From NCBI RefSeq assembly GCF_041146345.1, contig NW_027191404.1, positions 682,001 to 746,000 of the forward strand: 64,000 nucleotides of DNA, given 5' to 3'. The notes under the pieces were generated by a model. That model was not told the origin of the DNA. It ran no database searches and saw only the letters and a program-made list of their open reading frames with translations. The stretch is from Neodothiora populina (Eukaryota). Within the stretch, counting starts at the first letter, position 1, and each line of letters begins with the position of its first letter. The position numbers and the translations under genes are program-made. Of the stretch, positions 23,138 to 34,287 are shown one piece after another.

Positions 23138-24112
23138 TCAAGTCTCTCCTTCCTTCAACGCCTCCAACCTCGCAATCTCTCTCTCAAAAGACTCCATAAT
23201 CCATCGCCTCGCAGTCAGATGTGTCCAGACATACGCAGCAGTGGCGACGAGCAATCTGACGTCAATCTCCAGACCCAGCGAACTCATCACTCCGCTCTCT
23301 GAATCGATTAGTGTGAGGGGTAGGTTCTGTCGCTTGTATTCGAGACAGACGACACTCGCGGCACGGTGTATAGCAGCCAGGTCCGCGAATGGCTGCTGGG
23401 CATAGCGGAGTATCGCATCTGAGGTGTAACGAATCCAATCAGACCAGCCCTCCAAGATGTCGTCGTCGACCTCGTTGTGAGCTTCGCGTAGTGCGGCGTG
23501 AACGATGCCAACGTAACAGAATAGGTGGCGGTTCTCGTAGTTGACCAACAGACCGGCGTGGTTGCGGATGAAGAAGTCGGGCACGTTGATGCCTTTTGAT
23601 GCGGCTAGAGATAAGAGACTCGTGTATCCTGGCTCGAAGGCGTCGGTTTGAGCCAAGAGTTTGGCGAGCGTCGCTTTTGTCCAGTGATACGTGGCGAGGT
23701 TTATGTCTGCATCTTGTTCAGAGTTGAACTGAATGTGTCGTAAGGAGTCGCGATCGGGTTCGACTTTCGTCAAGATTTGGAATCGGTCCCATACGAAGTT
23801 CTGGACTTCAAAACCGAGACCCCTTTGCATCGGTGGCAGCCCCGGAATTACGTCATGCATCCAAGCAGTCAAGTAGTTGGGATAAGCAGATTGTCGGACT
23901 CGGGCTTCCCCCACCAGGAGGGCCAAATCAGAAGGCTCAGCTGCTGGATCCGTGTCTTGCCAGATCGTCATAACCAGTCCGTATGGTTCGGGGGATACAG
24001 GCTGGCCATTAGCTATGAATGGCATGTCTTGATCATGAGCAATCGAGTTGTAGCTGCTAGCCTGTGAGTTGCTAGACTGTGAATTGCTAAACTGTGACCT
24101 GCTAGACTGCAT
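23138..24112 (-). CDS. Hypothetical orphan protein, 324 aa, intronless
   Basis: Long ORF with globular, helical-looking composition filling the gap between two genes. First ATG gives MQSSRSQ. No family recognised. Confidence 0.7.
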   Translation of the reverse strand: MQSSRSQFSNSQSSNSQASSYNSIAHDQDMPFIANGQPVSPEPYGLVMTIWQDTDPAAEPSDLALLVGEARVRQSAYPNYLTAWMHDVIPGLPPMQRGLGFEVQNFVWDRFQILTKVEPDRDSLRHIQFNSEQDADINLATYHWTKATLAKLLAQTDAFEPGYTSLLSLAASKGINVPDFFIRNHAGLLVNYENRHLFCYVGIVHAALREAHNEVDDDILEGWSDWIRYTSDAILRYAQQPFADLAAIHRAASVVCLEYKRQNLPLTLIDSESGVMSSLGLEIDVRLLVATAAYVWTHLTARRWIMESFEREIARLEALKEGET

Positions 24113-24328
24113 GTTCGTGATAGTGAATATTGATATCGAGCGATAGTTGTTGTAATGCAAAGACTGTTCTAAGTCATCTCATTGATATGGAAGGAGTCTG
24201 TATTCACGAATAACAGGGCCAGCAGTACAGTGTTATCAGGGTGGTCAAATATGGCGAGTCAGGGTCGCGCGTGCTTGATACACAGCTTGAGGAAGGAGCG
24301 CCTGGGATTCAATGGCTTCCTCGGCCGA

Positions 24329-25246
24329 TCATCGTCTTCTTCTATCGGAAGCGTCGCGCGACGTCCGGCGTTCGCTTCTATAAGTCGGCGGCGTGGATGA
24401 ACGTCGTCGCTCTCTTCGTCGCCTATCATCAGAAGGCGGTGGAGTGACAGATGCCTTTGGTCTGCTGTCCCGGGCACGATAGTCTCGGTCTCGGTAGCGC
24501 GACTTGTCGTCGTATGGAGAAATTGAACGGTCACGATGACGATGACTCTTTCGTATCCTGTCTCGGTCGTCGTCGTCCTCGTCGGGGGATGTCCTGCTGC
24601 GATGGCTGCGGTGATGATGACTGCGGTGATGTGTCGTGGAGGAGCGATGGCTGCGGTCCTTTTTGTCAGATGATTTGACGAGGGCTCTCTTGGCCTCGGC
24701 GACTTCTTCCTTCTTCTGCTCGATCATGTAGGCCTTCATGGGATCGTCGTCGTCCTGGTCGCGCATGAGTTTGGCGAGTTCGATTTCTTCTTTCAGCATC
24801 GGTCTCTGTTCTTCCTCGTCCTCGCTTCTGTCTTCAGAGGCGTCTCTCGCAGCGCCGATGACCTTGTCCTGGCCAACATAGTATTCGTCTTCGTCTTCAC
24901 CTTCTTTTGTCTTGTATCTCGTGTGGTCGACAGCCAACATCCTTCCCATGACTGTCGCGCCACCGAGATTGTCGACGGCGAGGTCGCAAGATCGCTGATC
25001 CTCGTACTTCAACCAGGCGAAGCCTCTGCTCTTGCCAGTCTCCTTGTCGCGCATCAGTCTGACCCACACAGGCTCACCATACTGAGAGAAGATGGTGATG
25101 ACATCACCCTCGGACAGCTCGAGAGGAAGACCACCGATGTAGATGTAGGCGGTGTCGCGGTAGTCTGTATGCCAGGATGCGTTTGAAGGCACGACACTGG
25201 CCAATTCGCGCTCATTCAGACGCTGCACCTCACGGATCTTGTTCAT
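24329..25246 (-). CDS. IST3: RES complex/U2 snRNP RRM protein Ist3/Snu17 (RBMX2, Cwf29)
   Basis: SWHTDYRDTAYIYIGGL, KSRGFAWLKYEDQRSCDLAVDNLGG and an RS/RD-rich tail. Confidence 0.95.
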   Translation of the reverse strand: MNKIREVQRLNERELASVVPSNASWHTDYRDTAYIYIGGLPLELSEGDVITIFSQYGEPVWVRLMRDKETGKSRGFAWLKYEDQRSCDLAVDNLGGATVMGRMLAVDHTRYKTKEGEDEDEYYVGQDKVIGAARDASEDRSEDEEEQRPMLKEEIELAKLMRDQDDDDPMKAYMIEQKKEEVAEAKRALVKSSDKKDRSHRSSTTHHRSHHHRSHRSRTSPDEDDDDRDRIRKSHRHRDRSISPYDDKSRYRDRDYRARDSRPKASVTPPPSDDRRRRERRRSSTPPTYRSERRTSRDASDRRRR

Positions 25247-25623
25247 GACTGGTCTGTTTGTCTAGCTACATAGACCCGAAGAATTGTGTCTTGTGATCAA
25301 CACGAACGCCAGGAACAGGAAGATTACAGCGGGCGGTTATCGATAGGGAAAAGTGCGGTATATCTGGCGCGTCACTCTACAGCTACTGTTAGTGTTGCTG
25401 TTACAGGACACTAAGCTTCCCTGGAGGTGTTTCATGTTTCATGTGACTGAACCACAAACAAGAATATAATCATAAACCACCGTCGTCTCGACTCGTAATA
25501 ATTCCAATTCGCCTCATCTGAGAGGTATACGACTGATGTAGCCTGGAAAGAAAGACTCCATACAACCAGATTCCAGGAACCGGGAATAAATCAATAAAGA
25601 CACAGTAAATAAATACACGAAGC

Positions 25624-27698
25624 ATGGCTCCCTCGGCCTATCGAGACGCCTTTGCAGCAACAGACAACGACAGGCCGAGCACCTCTGGCAGCGAGAGCAG
25701 AAAAGAACTATGGTCCAGCCTATTAGACAACGTAGCCAGCGGCAAGAAGACGCCCGAGAAGACGCTGCTGTTGCTGGGCGGCACATCGCAGACGCAAAAG
25801 GACTTTCTGGATTCCCTACAGCAAGACTCGCGTAACCGCGTCAGGCCGCCAGACAGATCCAGAGCGAGGAGGGTCCCAGTCGCCAATAGTTTTGCTTTGG
25901 GATACACTTATCAGGACGTCTATGACTCTGACCACGAGGATGTCGTCGCCCGTCTCTCTGCCTACACTCTACCCAATCCATCGCCTGCCTATGCTCCCTT
26001 GTTGGCTCGTCTGCTCACTCCCTCGGCCATTCCCCATACCGCCATGGTCATACTGCTCGATTGGGCCAAGCCCTGGACCTTTGTGCGCTCCCTCCGTTCC
26101 TGGGTCCGCCTCATCAACAACGTCACCCATTCCCTGCCCGTCGATTCACAATATGCCCTGGAGGAGAATACGACCGCTTGGCAACTCGCCCGAGACGCAG
26201 CTCTTGCCACATCAATGGCAGACACCCATGCATCAATGCCGCTGGGGCCGGGCGAGTACGACGAACCCCTCGGTCTGCCTTTGGTTGTCGTGTGTCAGAA
26301 TGCGCTCGCCGTGGAAGCGCTGGAGAAAGAGAGAGGCTACAGGGAATCCCACTTCGACTACATCCTGCAATTCTTGCGTACTGTCTTGCTCAAACATGGC
26401 GCCGGCTTGATCTACACCATGCCGTCCCAACCGGGCCAGTTGCAGCCCCTCATTCACAGCATCCTGGGTATCCAAGCCGGAGGCATCGCAGTCACAGGAA
26501 AAGAGAAGAGCGAGAGGACACTGAAGCACAACGTCGTCGACAGAGAGCGCGTCCTCGTCCCCCCTGCCTGGGACAGCTGGGGCAAGATCCGCGTGCTGAG
26601 AGAAGGCTTCGACGTCGAGGGCATCAGTCGCGCTTGGGGGGTCGAGGTGCAGCATATAGCCGTGGTCAGACCGCAGTTTTCTTCCTCTACAGCCGCTTCC
26701 GCCGCGAAGAACGACGATCAAGCGTCAGCATCCGAATCCACAGAAGAGGCCACTTCCGCAGCAGCGCCAGCCGAGACAGACTCCGTTCTAGAGCCAGAAG
26801 CAGAAGCGGAAGCAGAGCAGGAAACAGACACGACAGCCGCCCTCTACGAAGTCACCATCCAAGACCCGCATCCTCCGTCTACATCCAAGCCCAAGGTCGA
26901 CGTGCCTTGCACCCCGGACCAACAGTTTTTCTTAACCCAACTCGAGCGTCTGGAGGCATATCGCGCCGAAGATGAAGCCGCCGCCAAAAAGGCCGCGTCC
27001 TCTCGTCGTGCTGCTCCAGGACAGGGTATGATGGACCACAGCAACGCAGGAGAAGCAGGACGGGCCATGGCCGAGCATATCGGACCTGTGCAGTTCAACG
27101 TTGGCGGTATTCAATACGATGCCGACGAGGTGCTGAAGCGGCTAAAGGTGTCTTTTCCAACTCTACAACACCCTCATCCCACCTCGAACTCATCCACAAC
27201 ATTGTCTATAAATCGAGCAAAGTCCACTAACACAAACCCCTCCAGGAACGCAACCCCACCACATCATCAACATCAACAAACGCCCCTGCCACAGCCTCAA
27301 CCCACCCAAATACCACCACAGCAACATCAACAACGCCCACCCAGCCCACAACCAGCACATTCCCGACCATCCCTCCCCCGGTCCCCTCGGCAGTCCTCCC
27401 CCGCGGCACAACAAGCAGCGGCACCAAAACCCCGGACCGCGGGCCCAAAATCCGCAGAAACACAATGGCAGCAAGCAACACCAACAGCCCGTTCACGCCC
27501 GTGTCGTCGCCTCCTCCGCCTCTTCCTTCTGGCGGCGACCATTCCGGAAACAACATCCCGACGGGGGATCTGGAGGCGTATTTCGCGAGTCTGATGAAGA
27601 AGGGCCAGAGGGCGGGCACGAGTAGTTTGAGTAATAGTCCTAGGCCGGCGCTGGGGTCGGCTAATAGTCAGACTAATGGGGGCGCCAAGGAGGCTTGA
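25624..27698 (+). CDS. Cytoplasmic dynein light intermediate chain; intron 27148-27245
   Basis: LWSSLLDNV, FALGYTY, ILLDWAKPW, QFLRTVLLKHGAGLIYT and PPAWDSWGKIRVL. The spliced C-terminus contains the LEAYFASLMKK helix. Confidence 0.9.
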
Positions 27699-27740
27699 TC
27701 TTTTGTTGAGTGGGTGTTTAGATGAGGTGTTGTGATGCAT

Positions 27741-27788
27741 GAGGTGGAGCAGGAGGTGGAGCAGGAGTTGGAGCAGGAGGTGGAGGGA
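27741..27788. repeat. 12-bp tandem repeat, about 4 copies (GAGGTGGAGCAG), in the 3' UTR region
   Basis: gaggtggagcag gaggtggagcag gagttggagcag gaggtggaggga. Confidence 0.85.
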
Positions 27789-28200
27789 GACAAAGAGGAG
27801 GTTTCGTCTCATCTATAGAACCGTGTATGTATATATATAATATTTCTCTCTCCTGCATTTCTGCCTTTCTGCCTTCATACTCTTTCGCGAGGGCGATCGA
27901 GATTGTTATCAATCAGTCTGTCAGTCGACTAGTCGGTTGAGGTAGGCAAGAGGAGTCGGTCAATCAGGTCAACAAGTTCTGTCCATCGAGAATAGGATAC
28001 AACTAAAAGGGGAACGGAAAAAAAGTTAAGAATGGGGCGCCATCTAGAATTGTGAGGAGTTGTCTCCTTTCACTGATTTTCTTTTCCCGTTTTTGCTTTT
28101 TTATTACACCCGACTCTAATATCTCTCTGTAGTCTCTCCATTCGCCATCTCTTCATAAGAAAACCCTCCCTCCTACCACAATAGAAACAAAGAAACTCCC

Positions 28201-29909
28201 CTAACTAGGTTTGTCGCACCCGATGCGACCGAGCAACTCCTTGTGATCACTGGCTGCTCCGGGAATGCTGATACCGCTGCTCCTGCCCTTGCTCCTCCGC
28301 TTAGAAGGACTGGGTCTCCTGACGAAATCAATCTCCTCGGCCTCGACCTCGACTTCTTGCGGTGGTAGAATGTCGGCTTCGGGCATCTTCTCCGAAAAGT
28401 CCTTGACCTGGCCTACAATGTCCTCTTCCGTGTCGAGCTCTTCCTCCTCTTCTTCTCCCTCGTCGTCGGATCGGGAATCGTCGGCGGGCTTGCCCATGAT
28501 GACGCCGTACGCCACTCTGAAAATCATGCCGAGCCAGATGAGCGTGATGACTTGCAGGGCGAGCAGCAGTCCCAGGAATCCGTAGTGGATGCGCTCGTTG
28601 AAGCATACGTCGGTGCCTGCATTCGTGTATGCGTGGATGATGTTGTCGAAGATCAGGTTGCCTCCATCGTTGGACGTCTTTTCGCCGGTGACGGCGTTGT
28701 AGCAGCCATAATGCATCACTTGTGGTACATCGACGTAGATAGACCAGCACACAGCAAGATAGAAGACGTGGCGCGCAATGATCCAAGTCACAATAAATGC
28801 AACAAAGGTCAAGTCGCAGAGCGTCTGGTAGCCGGTGTACTTGAACAATTTGGCAGCCTGGGCATTGTTAGCTCGCGCCAAACATCGACTTCTCAAAAAC
28901 ATCACTTACGGGCAAGAGCAGATCCACAACATCCATCAGGCACAATATGGTGTTGCCGACCTTGGTCTGGTAGTAGCCGTAGCTTCCAAACATGAGGGCG
29001 CAAGTGATGATGTGGTGAGTGAACATCTGCCAGTGGTCCTTTCGCCGCTCCTCAATGTTGACGACGACAATCTGTTGGATCCAGAATGCGAATTGCGCAA
29101 GATAGTACCACTTGAACATGCCGGTCATGGCACGATTCGGGAAGTTGTCCCATACGGCCGGAAGGTTGAACCAGTATGGTGTCTGGTACATGAGGTACTG
29201 TGGTCTACATTAGCTGCTGCAGCAGTCATCGTACCAGCCAACTAAACGTACTGCTCCGAGGGTCCAGAAGACGGCGTAGTAGATGAGCAACCAGGCCTGC
29301 TCTGCAAAGCGAATGGTGGCCTTCTTCTTGCTGACACCCGCATACTTGGCAAGTGGGATAAGCACGTAGTCCATCGTGGCAGCGCGCAATGCCGTAAAGA
29401 CGACAATCCAGAAAGTGACAAACTTGAAGTCGTCCCAACCCTGGTGATATAGGCCGGTCGGTTCGTCGTGGTAGGACAACATGAAGAATTGGCCGGTTCT
29501 CGGTCGTAAACTAGGGAAGAGCGCATGTGTCATTGCGAGCAGAAGAAGACAGTTGATGGAGAGGCCTGCGAGTAAACGGCTCTGTCAGTCCACATGTAGC
29601 ACGAATCGTTGGCCGCCGAGGTAAAGAGGCATTGCAGTAGATGCGGAGTTGCATACCGAGCTGGTGTTCAACAATAGCAGCACACAGAGTTGCTGATAAA
29701 CTCTCGCTCTTGCGCTTCGTCTTGACCTTCTTCTGCAGCGGACCAGCGTTAGAACAGGTAGCGGCATTCAGCACATTCATCTTGCTGCTGCTGAAGTGTG
29801 CTGGACCCTGTGCTTGCCATTGGAGCTCGCCAGTGGCAAGTTTTTGAGGTAGGTCGTCTTGAATAGAAGCCATGGCAACGTGGCCCACAGCTGGAGCAAT
29901 GGTCGTCAT
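28201..29909 (-). CDS. Ceramide synthase, Lag1/Lac1 family (probably BarA-type); exons 29909-29657, 29565-29252, 29197-28910, 28857-28201
   Basis: RFAEQAW and the Lag1 motif RRKDHWQMFTHHI...MDVVDLLLPAAKLFKY, then ADDSRSDDE and C-terminal LLGRIGCDKPS. Three canonical introns. Confidence 0.93.
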
Positions 29910-30992
29910 TGGGGACGCGGATAACAGAAGAATTCGTGATAATCTAAACGCGTCTCATAGGTATCTCGTAGCGGGCAATGTGTTCGTTAAAGGTGAATTT
30001 CAAAAAGAAAAGACGTGAGCAATTGGACCGGCCGAAAGCCCTTGGAGCTATTCTCTCGAGTGCTGCTCGGAGACTGAATCAAGACAGCAGAAAGTGGGCC
30101 AGCTCAAAAGAAAGACAGATCCGGGTGGGATTTACTGTCAATGAGCGGCTTCCAAGGATGCGCGACAACAAAACAAGCCCAACGAAGCTGATGTATACCG
30201 CTACGGAGAAAGCTGAGAGCTGCAACAAAGCACTTCTTCTTTAAAGCAAAAGCAAGGGAAAGAGGGTGGAAGTTGTGCTTGTCTTCAAGACCAAGAAAAC
30301 AGGGGCAAGCTGTACAATTCAAAAGGTTTCCCTGAGTCAAAGTTGCAAATGCTAATGGCTGCGTTAAGCGGACGCGTACCTGTTTGCTTGTCCTCAACGT
30401 ATACGGCGATCGGTAAACGGTACAACTGCTTTTTCTCTCGACCAACAAGAATCCTCGCTCGAGCCTCGATCCTTGCAGCACAGTGCATTGCAGCTCAGGC
30501 ACGATTCACGTTACAGACTTAAGTTTCAGCTCCGCAGCCCATCTCGACCAATCATGATTGCTTTTTACGAGAGGGTCCTTGGACTTCCCCACTCCGTATC
30601 TCGTATCGCGATAAAGCCACCTGAGCCATGGCGGTCTGTGGTAACGCATCGTGCATCCGAGGCATCGCTATGCGACCGATTATTGAGGGTAGATCATTTC
30701 TGATCCGCTGAAGGCAATGTTCAATGTTGGACGTTTGTAAATTGCATGTAATGGTTCCATCATTCGTATCATATCAAAGAATAGAGAAAAGTACGGGAAT
30801 AACATGTCTCTCAGTCATAAACAGTCAAGGTACCTATGAACACCAAATCCCAGTGCACCACGAGCCGCAACTACGCCATCAAACGACGGCCGGCCCCAGG
30901 TATCCTATGAGAGGTCTTAATTTGGCACGATACATCCATCGATAGGAAAATTCGAGACCATTTCGCAACTGTGCTTGTCCAGAGTATCCAAT

Positions 30993-31865
30993 CTAGTTCT
31001 GCTGTTGGCTGTTTAAGATTCTGAGGATAGCCAGGAACAAGTTGACGATGTCAAGGTATAGACTGATCGACGCCGCAATCTCTTCCTCGACATGGTAATG
31101 TCTCATGATCAACTGAGTGTCAACGAGAATATATCCACTGAAGATCAAGGCGCAGGCAATTCCGTAGCCGAGTTCGACGCCGCTTGAGTGAGGGAAGAAA
31201 GCGGCCATGAACCCGAAGAGGATGACAACCCAGAGGGCGCCGAACAGATATGGCATCCAGCTGGTGAAGTCATATTTGCTTTGACAGGCGAACAGGGTCA
31301 AGGCAACGAAAATACCCAGGGTAAAGATCAAAGCCTCGATCACGATTTTGCTCTCGTAAAAGGAGGTGATGACACTGATAGAGTAGGCCTCGAGTGCGGT
31401 GAAGCCGGTAAGGAACAGGAGGTTGGTCGGGTAGCTCTTGCGCTTCCAGAAGGTAAGGAGCATGAATCCGATGGCGCCGAACAGTGACACCCACATCATC
31501 CACTGGTTTGTCTGGATCCATTTGCGATAACCGGTGCTGAAGAAAGAAATGGATGACATGATGGCCGTGGCCAGGATTTGGACGGTCAAAATGGAATACA
31601 CCTTGCGGATGAATTGCATGCGAATGTCGAGCGACGCCTCTGCAACAGAGCCGCCGAACTGTGACTTTGTTAGAAATCTGCATATTATTCCTTCTTGGGT
31701 TTAGTAGACACTTACCTTGAAGTCGTCCGGGACATTGTCGTCCTCATCTCTGGGAACGCCAGGCGGGTTCGAGGCTTCTGCCTGATATGATGGAGGGGCC
31801 TGGGCGAAGGGCTCTTCGAAAGAGTCGCGCGTAGGCGCTGGCTGGTACTTGGTATTTGCTGCCAT
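30993..31865 (-). CDS. BXI1: Bax inhibitor/TMBIM family protein Bxi1; intron 31659-31715
   Basis: DNVPDDFK|FGGSVAEA, IRMQFIRKVYSIL and DTQLIM...EEEIAASISLYLDIVNLFL. Confidence 0.93.
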
Positions 31866-32714
31866 CGCAATACTCCGCTGTGGTTTATTGTGAGATGAGA
31901 GGTATGTTGTGGTAAATTTAGCAGGGATGGGAGCGCAAGATGTAAGGGTAATAGGACGATAGGCGTTGCGTTGGTACTACTTGTGAGGCAAAGATGATGC
32001 TAGAAGCACCCGCGTGTGGTAGCAGCAACGTGATGATGATGGGCTCGGAGCTACGCCATCGCCTTCCTCCGCCAGTCAAACTCAAGGTACCTTGAGATTG
32101 TACCTTCCCAAAGGGTTCGCATTCACTTCACAGCCTCATTGTTCCTTCCCCCGGGCTCCTCTCGACTTCGGATCCTGCCGAACAGCCCTGGTCGAGTGCA
32201 GTAGCTCGAGTAGCTCCCTCTTGAGCATTTCTTTCATCATTGGACCCTTACGGAACCTTCTATAAAATACACTTGTGCTTCTAAAGAAATGAGGATCGAG
32301 ATACAGTGCTCTCAGACAAACAGTGGGTTCATTCTTGATTGCACTAATCTTTGAGACCCCGCTAGCACACACCTTCATATAAGGCTACTACATGGTATCT
32401 GCAGTCTTTCTGCGAAACAGCAACCCAATGACTTCGGGTAGTGCGGTAGAGTAAGCACCGTCCTGCAACCAGCCTGCACATCATTGTGCTTCACGACTCG
32501 GCGGCGAATCAAAATAGCCCTTACATCAGGCAGCTGCGCAGGCCTTTGACAAGCCTTTGTCTTACTGTGTAGGTAAGTAGCGGTGATGGCATCTTTCTGC
32601 GCCACTCTCCAAGTCTCACATCTTTTTTCTTTCCTTACGCCATCGTTCAAGCGAGTCGCGCCCCGTCTCCTTCTGCTCCCTTTTCTGCTTCCTCCACATC
32701 GCCAATAAGGAACA

Positions 32715-33839
32715 ATGTCTACCCCACCATCCCAAGATCCATCCGTCAGATTGAAATATGATGCTTCCCAAATCCAAGCTTATCTCGATACGATCGCACT
32801 GCCCTCGAGACACCGAGAATCTCCCGTCTTCTCTAAACCGGAGCTGGCACGCACGATAACCTATGGATTACCACTGCTCGCTGCTCTGCAAAAGTACCAA
32901 CTCGTCGCTATACCCTTTGAGAATCTGGCCCTCCATTACAATTCCGTCCCGAGCGTGACCATTCAAGCCGACTTTGTCCATGACAAATTCATCACGACAG
33001 CATGCGGCCGAGGGGGCCGATGCATGGAGAACAACCTCTTGTTCTACACCGTCCTGCTCAGTATCGGCTTCAATGTGACGAGCATCGCGGGCCGGGTAAA
33101 CGAAGCCGTGCAGCCAACATCAGCCCAGGAAAACTGGCCAGGCCCGCGATATGACGGGTGGAATCATAGGATAACACTCGTTCGCTTCACCGATGACGCC
33201 ACGGTCGAAGCCGAGGACGGGGTCAAAGATGTCAAGCGCACATTCCTCGTCGACACGGGCTTCGGCGCCAAGTGTCCCACGAAACCCCTCGAGCTGAACA
33301 GAGACGTGCCCACGCGGATAACGAACATGGCCCCGAAACAGGAGTCGAGGATCAGATGGACCAACATCCCGGACAATGTCAACAAGTCCCAGCTTATCTG
33401 GGTGTATGAGTTCAGGTACGACGTGAAGGCTGACTGGATCCCGGCCTACTGTTTCAGTGAGACGGAGTTCTTGCCCAATGACTATGCGATGATGAGCTTC
33501 TTCACCTCACATAACCCCAAATCGTGGTTTACCTATTCTGTCGTGTGCGTCAAGATGGTCATGGGAAAGAGGTCATCATCAACGACGACAACGACGCCGC
33601 GGCAGTATGGGCAACAAGCCGCCGAGCAGCTTCAGGATAGTGAAGTCGAAGACGAGATTGTAGGTGACGTGACCCTGTTCAACAATGAGGTGAAGAGGAG
33701 GGTGCACGGTGAGGCAGAAACGGTCGAGAGACTAGAGACCGAGGACCAAAGAGTGGCTGCGCTAAAGAAGTGGTTTGGCATATCTCTGACGGATTCCGAA
33801 CGGGATGGCATCAAAGGCAAAGCGTCGGCGCTGTCATAG
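32715..33839 (+). CDS. Arylamine N-acetyltransferase (NAT family), intronless
   Basis: IPFENL, then the catalytic triad in GRGGRCMENN (Cys), GWNHRIT (His) and VDTGFG (Asp). Confidence 0.92.
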   Translation: MSTPPSQDPSVRLKYDASQIQAYLDTIALPSRHRESPVFSKPELARTITYGLPLLAALQKYQLVAIPFENLALHYNSVPSVTIQADFVHDKFITTACGRGGRCMENNLLFYTVLLSIGFNVTSIAGRVNEAVQPTSAQENWPGPRYDGWNHRITLVRFTDDATVEAEDGVKDVKRTFLVDTGFGAKCPTKPLELNRDVPTRITNMAPKQESRIRWTNIPDNVNKSQLIWVYEFRYDVKADWIPAYCFSETEFLPNDYAMMSFFTSHNPKSWFTYSVVCVKMVMGKRSSSTTTTTPRQYGQQAAEQLQDSEVEDEIVGDVTLFNNEVKRRVHGEAETVERLETEDQRVAALKKWFGISLTDSERDGIKGKASALS

Positions 33840-34287
33840 GCAGCCAGCAGAGGCACAAATGTTTGAGAATCAGATGGAAGAACAAGAAAAAGAAAAAAGA
33901 AAAATCATTTCATCTCTATTTGCTTGGTGGAAAATTCTCTCAAGGAACCAGACATCTCCCCACTCCGATCCCTTTCGCGGATGAGGGTGCTGGGTTTCAC
34001 GGTGCAGTAATTCCGGTCGCTATGCAGCTGTCGTGTCATGGGTCGTTAAAGTGTACTGCAAGCGAAGAACAAGGAGGAAACAAATTTCGAAGAGATAGGA
34101 AAGAAAAGAAAACAAGGAAAAGAGAAACCACCTCCAGAGCCCTGCTATGGCAACGCCCTTGCTTCGTGGAGACCGTGATCGTCATCATCGTCAAACCTAG
34201 CTGACATGTTTTTTCTTTGGTTGCCCTTTCGTGTGTGTGAGGTCATGGACCAAGTCCGGGCTGCGGAGTAATTGCTCGAGCCGCATC

